This document shows, in pieces, positions 44,509-64,000 of a DNA stretch of 64,000 nucleotides. Under the pieces are notes generated by a model. It was not told the origin of the DNA, made no database searches, and saw only the letters and a program-made list of their open reading frames with translations. The DNA comes from Magallana gigas (lineage: Eukaryota), in NCBI RefSeq assembly GCF_963853765.1, contig NC_088858.1:8990001-9054000 (forward strand), given 5' to 3'. Numbering within the stretch: the first letter of the stretch is position 1; every line of letters starts with the position of its first letter. Position numbers and translations under genes: made by a program.

Positions 44509-47500
44509 ATGGTAAGTGTGTGTTTTTTTCCCGTAGAATGTTGTATCAAACTTCATTTAAAACATCGGTGTATTTTTGGCAAGAAAATTTTTTATAGAGT
44601 TTTTCCGCTGTTGTCGTTTTTTTTTTTAAATACGATAAAAGATACATGTAAAAATATAAGGAAACGATTTTTTTCACATAAACGTTCTCAGGAGGAATGT
44701 TATATTGTTGATATCGTAAAAATATTTTAAAACTTTCAGGAAATATCTTTTTGATGCATTTTTGGTTAGCCTTTTCTATTCCCTCAACTTACTTTGCAAA
44801 ACACGTATATCACTTTCTTACACTTGATATAGGAGAGAATGATTCACCCAATATCGAAAAAATGAAAGTTTCTCTAATTAGATATTTTAGGCATTCACAT
44901 TATAAACATATTTAATCGTCATTTGTTTTTGTCTGTAAGAAGAATTTTGACAAATACAAATATTGCTTGTTCAAGTAGAGTCCATGAAATAACCAGGGAT
45001 AATGGAGGATTTCCGTGTTTGTTTGCGTGTTTTCGTGAGGCGGAGGGGGGGGGGGGGGATTGACCGATCGACGGTTTAATGTAATCCTGATAATGAAAAA
45101 ATATGGACAATTTTGACAGCCAAAGTGTCTGATTTTTTTTATTACTTCTCAAGATCAAAGTTAATTCATGTACATATATCTAGTTTTAAAGTATTTCATG
45201 TGTAAAAGAAAATACTCTCTGATGCTCGAACATGCATAATGCAGGAAGAGAGCGAGCGGTAGGATGTCATGTAAATTATTCAGGGAGTTTGGAATAGAAC
45301 ATATTTAGAGATGGCCTGGAGGTTCGTTTCGCTTCACCAGCAAAAGAAAATAACCATCGGTTCTACATCAATATACACCTTTATATACAATAGATTGTTT
45401 CAAAATAACAGCCCTTTGAACATGATAAAAGTTTTACATTTGGAATACTTTCCCTCGTTTGCAAGGTTTCCGTCATCTATATTTCATAACAAGCTTCACA
45501 TAACACACGATATGGTTTTCAAAATGAAAAAAATAATAAAAGTTTTAGCAGAAACATTCTCTGAAATTTATAAAGGCACAAATTTGTATATGAATAAAAT
45601 TGACTATTGTCGAATGTCAAGTGTCATGCGGCGTGTAGCTTGTTTTGAATATGATATCAATATTTAAGAAAAGACTTCTAGTAAATGATTCAAAAGTTTG
45701 TTTTATCATATGAACAGTTTGGAACTACGAGTATGAGCAGTGTTTCTATACCATTAGATACAATATTCAGGCTTTCGTGATGTTCTTATTTGATTTAGAT
45801 TGCATGACAAGCCAGACCAAGTTCAGACAATGTTGAAGTGTTCGAATGTCCCAAAGCGAGTCTCTTATAAGCGATACGGAAGAGCCATTGACTCCTATAG
45901 ACTGCCTCTTACATGCAAGTCTGTCGCTGTTACCGGGATAATGCCGGCCATCACGTAGAATCTTTATTAAACAATAGCATCTCTTCGGAGCAATCTTAAG
46001 AACAGTGAAAGGTTGCAATGATATTACTAGTATTTGAAAACACGAAAACTCATCAGTAAAGACAACTTGAAGGTGTAATGTTATAAAATGTCCATCATTC
46101 TTTAAAAGTGAAACAAGCCTAATATAAATTTACAGAATCCATCCTCTATATTCAGGAGAATTAAGCATTCATGTAAAGTTTCGACTGCTAAGTTGTAAAT
46201 AATGTCTTGTAATTTCTTCAAAACTCTTTAAGTTGTGTGTCACTCAAAATAACATACACAAAACATCCATCAGCTTCTAGAATGAAACAAAACATCGATA
46301 TTTGTGAATTTCTTTCAGATTGTTTAATTTTTTTTTATTTTATCTCCGATGTCTGAAGGTAAAACTGTCTCACATTTGCAAATTCAAGACTCTGGTGCTA
46401 AGATATTGTACTTTAATTATTACGATTTAAAAAATTATGGGTTTCTTAAAACTTGAACGTAATGATATTGATGTGTCAATAATTTTTAGAAGTAATATTA
46501 ATGATATATTGTCTTGCCATTTTTTAAAAGGGACCAAATCAAAACATACATTTCCGTAAAGGTTAAAAGTGTTAGAAAATTGTCTTTGTAGAGAGTGTTC
46601 GATGAGCACAACATTACTTGAATTTTTACATATTTTACTGACTTTTAATATGACGGAGGGGAAATCATTAATGGTTAGTCGAATATAATGACATCGGTTC
46701 ATTTGAACATTGGTTACATTACCCCCTTTAAAATATATTGAAATCTACATACCATTTTTCCAATATATGTTTTTATATGCATGTTGATTCATCGATAAAG
46801 TAACCTATGCGTATAGATTTCCAACATCCTTATCAGCGTGTATACAAGTAAAAATGAACAGGAAAAGGTTGGGTGTTTACAAAACGATTGAAAGGGATTT
46901 CAAACTTTGTGTACGCACTTATAGACAAAAAAAACGGTCGGAAAGTATTAACCCGTGTATTTGACTTTATCAAATTTATCAGAAGCTCAGGATCCATCAA
47001 AGTAATGTTGGCGACTAATCCAATTATTGTTGGACGATTCTCATGATATCTAGCCCTGCCACCTAGAGAACACCATTAAAAACCACCGAAATATCCTGAA
47101 TTATTGATAGCAAGCTTAGAAAGGAAAAGCCAAATTTCTGATTCATATGTAGATATATGGTTATTGACGATATGCACTTTGCATTTTGTTGATGTATACA
47201 TGACCAGACCGATAATCGAAAAATCACAAATTTCTTCATTGGTACATGTAAATTTCAAGTCTTCATTTCTCTTTCACAGGCATCGATGGCTAACTCATCA
47301 CACCTGTCGGGTAAGTTGAAAATATTATTTCAATTTTTTTTAAAATCATTTCCGAGGAACATTTGTAATATTCATTCTGTTCCTGTTTTTTTCCCGGATA
47401 TTCGTCATTGTTTCAATGTTATTTCAGAGATTAAGACTTTATTTTCTACATTTGACAAAAACAAGGACGGCTACCTGACTTCTAAAGAAGTTGCAGCTCT

Positions 47501-50500
47501 ACTGCAGTCAGGGAAGCTCAGTGCAAATGTACCCTACAATGCTATACAAAAGGTCGTGCGGGAAGTCGAAAAAAGGGGTGAGTAGAGGGACCGGAAAGAG
47601 CTCTCAAAATACTTTTTGAGTAGCGATACTAATAAATCTGCTTGGAAAAGATACAAAGAAACGACAGTATTGGTTTATTCCAGTAAAAAATTAACAAAAA
47701 GTTACGGCATGTCGTTCTGCAACCAGATCTCACCGAAAATCGTGAGTTATAAAGAACTCACCGCGTGAGTGACATTTCAGTCGGTATTTTTGGAGAAAAG
47801 TGAGTTTTATTGTCTATAGGTCTTATTAATATAAACTCGCATTATAGAATTTCCTTGAAAGCGCAAGGAATTGCATAAATGCGAGAGTTATACTTCTCTT
47901 GAGACTTGCAGAAAAAGGTGAGTTTCGTGTATATTTTCCCCCTGTAATACAAAAAGGCAAGAATTATACAGCCATTACAGGAATCACGGGAAATATGCGT
48001 GATTTTTACAGCTGCTGTGACTCACGGCTGCTGTGACTCACGGATAAACGTTAGTTATATTGCAATTGTACCGTAAAGAAAAACGTGAGCTATACAGCCG
48101 ATGTGGTCACATGACTCGCAAGGAGAGTGGGTTTGCGTAAATGTCTTGAAAGTACAGCGTGATTAATATTATCATTGGGAAACAGTGTAAAGTTAGTGTT
48201 ATGAGCAAAACTACAATATTACCCATTCTTCTCCGCGAGTAAAAACTCGGATCTTCATGATTATCATCCCCAATGTCAGCGTACCTAACCCCTGTAATAT
48301 TGTCACTGGAACACATTTTCATAATAACATGAAATGTAAAATAGTATGGATTTTTCTTTGTACACTTTTTTCATAAATATATATAGATATATTATTTTTT
48401 TAAACAGAATTATTGTTATTGAATTTTATTCAATAAAACTTATTAAAGATTGACTTCCAATGACAATAAAATAAAACCTAACACACAACAAATATTGACA
48501 ACCCCATATGAATAACACATTAGTTAATATTCCTAATTTCTAATCAAAATGTATCGTTAAAAATATCAGGTAAAAACCAATAAGATCGTTTTAAACAAGT
48601 ACTGGTTCAATACCAATGGTTACAAGATGTTGCATATCCTCACGCAAAATAAAAAGTCCCAAGAGCCGGCGTCCGTTCTTAATTTACAGATTTACATTGT
48701 GTTTTGTGGCGTTAAAGATTTTATGTTGGTATTTTATTCATTATTCTTTATATATTCTCCATTATTTGGCTTCTGATCATTATGACCTGACCGCTAACGA
48801 GACACAGGGGACCCGGGCTTTGCAGAATCAATAGAGAACCCTCTAATACAAAACTGAACGCTTTTAACTCTTTCCGTAGTTTTTCTGAAGGTTTTTTTTT
48901 CTTCTTTTTTTGATGTGCAACGACCTTTAATTACGAAATGTCAAATATTCTCATCTCCGTGAGTTTAGTTAAACCCGCATACCAAATGCAATGCAGTGTT
49001 AATTACTTAGGAACAAATTTCCCCCTTCACATAGTAAAAATAGTTGATTTGTTAGCATCTCTAACGTTTCCGGAAGACCGCTGGTTAATCATCATGAAGT
49101 TAACTATTTTAATAATATTTTAAAACAGTGATAATCACGATTACAATCGATTTAAAGTAAAAAATAAAAAAAGAACAAAAGTTGGCAATCTAATATGTAC
49201 GGTATTGCAAATTGGTATATCGAAACTCGGCGGATAATCCTCATAAGCCAACAAAGAAATGTGCGAGTAAATTTAAAGAAAGAAGATGGAGGAATAACAT
49301 GGTGCAAATGCCCACTGTTTTAAGCGCAAAATACAATTTCAAACTTAGTTTTTACCCCCATAAAAATCTATTTTTAATATTATAATACAATTTTGCGAAT
49401 GCACAATTTCTAATCACATGTATTGTCAATTTGTATATTTTAACAATCCAATCAAAATTAGACCTTTCATCTTGTCTTGTCACCCGGTGATCGCGTCTTT
49501 TACTTGTCGTCGGGTGATCGCTTCTTTTGTTTGTCACCCTGTGATCGCGTCTTTTGTTTGTCACCGGATGATCGCGTCTTTTGTTTGTTACCCGGTGATC
49601 GTGTCTTTTGTTTGTCGTCGGGTGATCGCGTTTTTTACCTGTCACCGGATGATCGCGTCTTTTACTTGTCACCGGGTGATCGCGTCTTTTGCTTGTCACC
49701 CGGTGATCGCGTCTTTTGTTTGTCACCCTGTGATTGCGTCTTTTGTTTGTCACCGGGTGATTGCGTCTTTTACTTGTCACCCGGTGATCGCGTCTTTTAC
49801 TTGTCACCGGGTGATCGCGTCTTTTACTTGTCACCGGGTGATCGCGTCTTTTACTTGTCACCGGGTGATCAGTAAAAGACGCTATCACCCGTTGGTATCC
49901 AACGATGGGTGGTGTAGTACCCTCAACCTAGAATGCCAATTTTTTTTAAGGTTGCCTAAAATTTGGTGCCCTAACCACTGAGCCATATCAGTAACAACAA
50001 AATTTTATATTTAAATTCTATATGTGACTTTGGCTACAAATTTACGGATTTATATTATTTTTCTAAAACGTTTATTGATTTGGATACCAAATTATATTTC
50101 TAATGTATATTGGGTCATCTCTTTAAGATTTTGTTGATTGAAAATGGTTTGTATTCTATAAAACTTTGACAAAAATATGGAGTTGAGACCCACTCTATAA
50201 AATAAGGCATTAAAGTTAAAGAAAGAAGGTAGAATTTGAAGGTTTTGGTAAGCATACTCCGATTCAGATCAATATAAATGTATCTCGAGTACCGAACCTG
50301 GATTGCAAATTGATGTTATGTTAAATAAACATTGCTTTGAACGATTAACATAATAACGATTTCCCAATTACTGTAAAAGTGTTTGTTACATTCTTCTCCG
50401 AGCCATGAAGGCGCATAGGGCCGGTGCTTATCCCCGGTTTCTATGGTGGTAAGCGGATGAGAGTCATTGACTCCCCCTGGATTGGACACCAGTCCATCGA

Positions 50501-51505
50501 TCGCAGATTAATCCTCAGCGTACCCGTATGCCGGTACCCAATTTTCAGACCGAGACAATGTAGACAAAGTGCCTTGTCTAAGTGCACAAAACATCAAATA
50601 ACCACAGCGGGGTTTGAACCAGCAACGCCCATAACCACTCTGCTCCAAAAAAAAAAAACCCATTTCTATATATCTAAAACATGTCAAATGAGATAGAGAC
50701 GAATGAAAGTTGATAATGCTTTTAGTTTGAAGATTAAAGTAGGTACATTGTACATTTATTCATAGTATTGTAAATTGTACCGTAATAGAAATGACAATAA
50801 AATATTTGTACAAAATCACATTTGCTGTCCTTTTTTTCAGACAAAAAGATGGTGAACATTACGCAGCTTATGGAGGTCTTAGGACGGCACTGCTCCGAGT
50901 TTAATCCAATGGCAGACATGATGGAAGCCTTCAAGGTGTTCGACAAGAATGGCGACGGCGTGATTAGCGTGTCAGAACTGCGTCACGTGATGAACAACCT
51001 CGGAGAGAGGCTGACAGACCGAGAGCTTCAGCAGATGTTCAGAAACGCCGATCAAGATGGCGATGGAGAAATCAACTTCAATGGTACTGATTATAAGAAT
51101 CAATCAAATAATCTTGATGTAACAAAGTTCTTTTATTATTTTCAATGGAATCTTAATCAATATATCATTTAATGTTAAATCACAATGCATTATTTCGTGG
51201 CAACAGATTTTCGTGTATTACCAGGTATTTGTTTTGTTTTTACAATAAGTTGAAATGCAGTTTTTTTTATCTATTCCCAATAAAAAATAAACATACATTA
51301 ATCATATTTCGTTGAGGATATAGATTCTTATGTGAGGGGTATTGACTACTTCTACAAAAGTTGAGACTCTACGAATAGTAACGATATACGAGTATTATAA
51401 ATAAGGTATATTCAAATCCATCCTCCAGTTTTTATATCTATTATCTTTGATTATCATCTTTTTTTTTTCATTTCAGAATTCTTAAAAATGATGACGAACA
51501 GCTAG
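44509..51505 (+). CDS. Calmodulin-like protein H (151 aa), EF2 degenerate
   Basis: join(44509..44511,47280..47310,47428..47577,50841..51083,51477..51505). [32 protein letters not shown]...[15 protein letters not shown]...[12 protein letters not shown]...[20 protein letters not shown]. Phases 0/1/1/1 as in the other copies. Confidence 0.88.
49476..49870. repeat. 27-bp minisatellite, about 14.5 copies, in intron 3 of H
   Basis: Unit CTTGTCACC(C/G)GGTGATCGCGTCTTTT(A/G). It is followed by an inverted partial unit at 49871-49891. Confidence 0.95.
50391..50646 (-). mobile_element. tRNA-derived SINE with a CORE-like central domain
   Basis: On the - strand: A-box-like GCAGAGTGG, B box GGTTCAAACCC, central CTTAGACAAGGCACTTT...TGGGTACCGGC, and tail ATCCAGGGGGAGTCAATGACTCTCATCCGC...AAACCGGGGATAAGCACCGGCC. 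Confidence 0.7.
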
Positions 51506-51927
51506 AAGATATGCTATGGGACTTTTAACTGTTATTTTTTCACAGATATCGATGAGAGTATGATACGACACAATTTCCTTTATAGCTATCCATGAACTTT
51601 ACTAGTGTCTTATTTTAACACGGATAAATCAATGTTTATCTACAGACGGTTTAAGAGTATTGTCAACCTAACATTGATCAAGCACACAAAACAAAGCTTT
51701 ACATCAAAGTTTAATGAGGAAATCCTCTTTCGCTTTCAGCCTGCTGTACAGTAGTAACTTTCTATTATTCATTCGATAAAAAAAGTTTTGTATATTTTGT
51801 TTGAGTATGTTATATGCAAGTGAAATTAAACTGCACAATTTCTAGTGTTGTTCATATTTGGAATTCCAAGTATTAAGAAAAAAAGTCCAATTTGTATTAT
51901 AAAAACATTTAAGAAATAATGACTATT

Positions 51928-52344
51928 CCAATAATCACGTGTCTCCTCAATCTGACACACACACAGAGATATCCCAGTGGTCACGTGTCTCCTCAATCTG
52001 ACACACACACATATATCCCAATAGTCACGTGTCTCCTCAATCTGACACACACACACAGATATCCCAATAGTCACGTGTCTCCTCCATCTGACACACAGGT
52101 ATTGCAATAGTCACATGTCTCCTCCATCTGACACACGGGTATTGCAATAGTCATGTGTCTCCTCAATCTGAGACACAATAGTCACATGTCTTCTCAATCT
52201 GACACGCACAGAGATATCCCAGTAGTCACATGTCTCCTCAATCTGACACACACAGATATCCCTATAGTCATGTGTCTCCTCAATCTGACAAACACAGATA
52301 TCCCAATGGTCACATGTCTTCTCAATCTGACACACACAGATATC
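51928..52344. repeat. Minisatellite of about 42 bp, 10 copies, between the 3' ends of H and PIK3C3
   Basis: Unit CCAATAGTCAC(G/A)TGTCTCCTCAATCTGAC(AC)nAGATATC. Confidence 0.93.
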
Positions 52345-52612
52345 AAAAAGATGTGAAGTAATGATTAAAATTTAGTCAACTGTATCACTTGTAAAAGTAC
52401 TTTATAAAGTCTGTTGCAATAACAAGTCACAAAAATATAAGTGACTTGTAATTTATTTCTTTTCCTCCCCTAAAAAACCATAATAATATTGCATATATTT
52501 AACATCTTATTCTATAATAATAAAACTTATTTGTCAGTTTATAAAATAAACAGTTCATAAAATATTGCACATTTTTTCTTCATCACAGAAAAATGGTCCC
52601 TTTCATAGACTC

Positions 52613-64000
<11,388 letters not shown>

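Noticed and set aside
49352-49981. Three long repetitive ORFs (178, 187 and 132 aa)
   Set aside because: They arise from a stop-free 27-bp unit inside an intron of H. There is no independent sign of a gene.
51826-52356. Cys-rich repetitive ORFs
   Set aside because: They are translations of the 42-bp minisatellite.

Overview
Eukaryotic, AT-rich, intron-containing genomic DNA. It is most likely a bivalve mollusc (oyster-like), inferred from the invertebrate-type calmodulin sequence and the repeat families. The six-frame ORF track mostly shows single exons, so I rebuilt gene models by hand from splice sites and checked reading-frame phase. Contents, left to right: (1) a 3-exon FAHD1-like gene (4650-6388, +); (2) a tandem array of eight calmodulin-family loci on the + strand (7818-51505) sharing one exon plan (ATG / 31 / 144 / 243 / about 29 bp, with B and C lacking the separate ATG exon); three are near-canonical calmodulins (D, E, G), one is a damaged duplicate of E (F), and four are divergent calmodulin-like genes (A, B, C, H) with different EF-hands inactivated; (3) an intronless orphan rhodopsin-family GPCR on the - strand inside the array (12944-14035); (4) the 3' 20 exons of PIK3C3/Vps34 on the - strand (52613 to beyond 64000), convergent with the array; (5) many non-autonomous DNA elements, SINE fragments, minisatellites and one assembly gap. 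Strongest observations: a roughly 43-copy minisatellite that multiplies the GC-type 5' splice site of the last PIK3C3 intron, with a second donor-anchored array in the same gene; homogenisation restricted to exon 3 among the calmodulins; an EF-hand on/off pattern across the array; and an FAHD1 that lacks the His/Glu lid dyad. No prokaryotic features, CRISPR arrays, rRNA genes or convincing tRNA genes were found.
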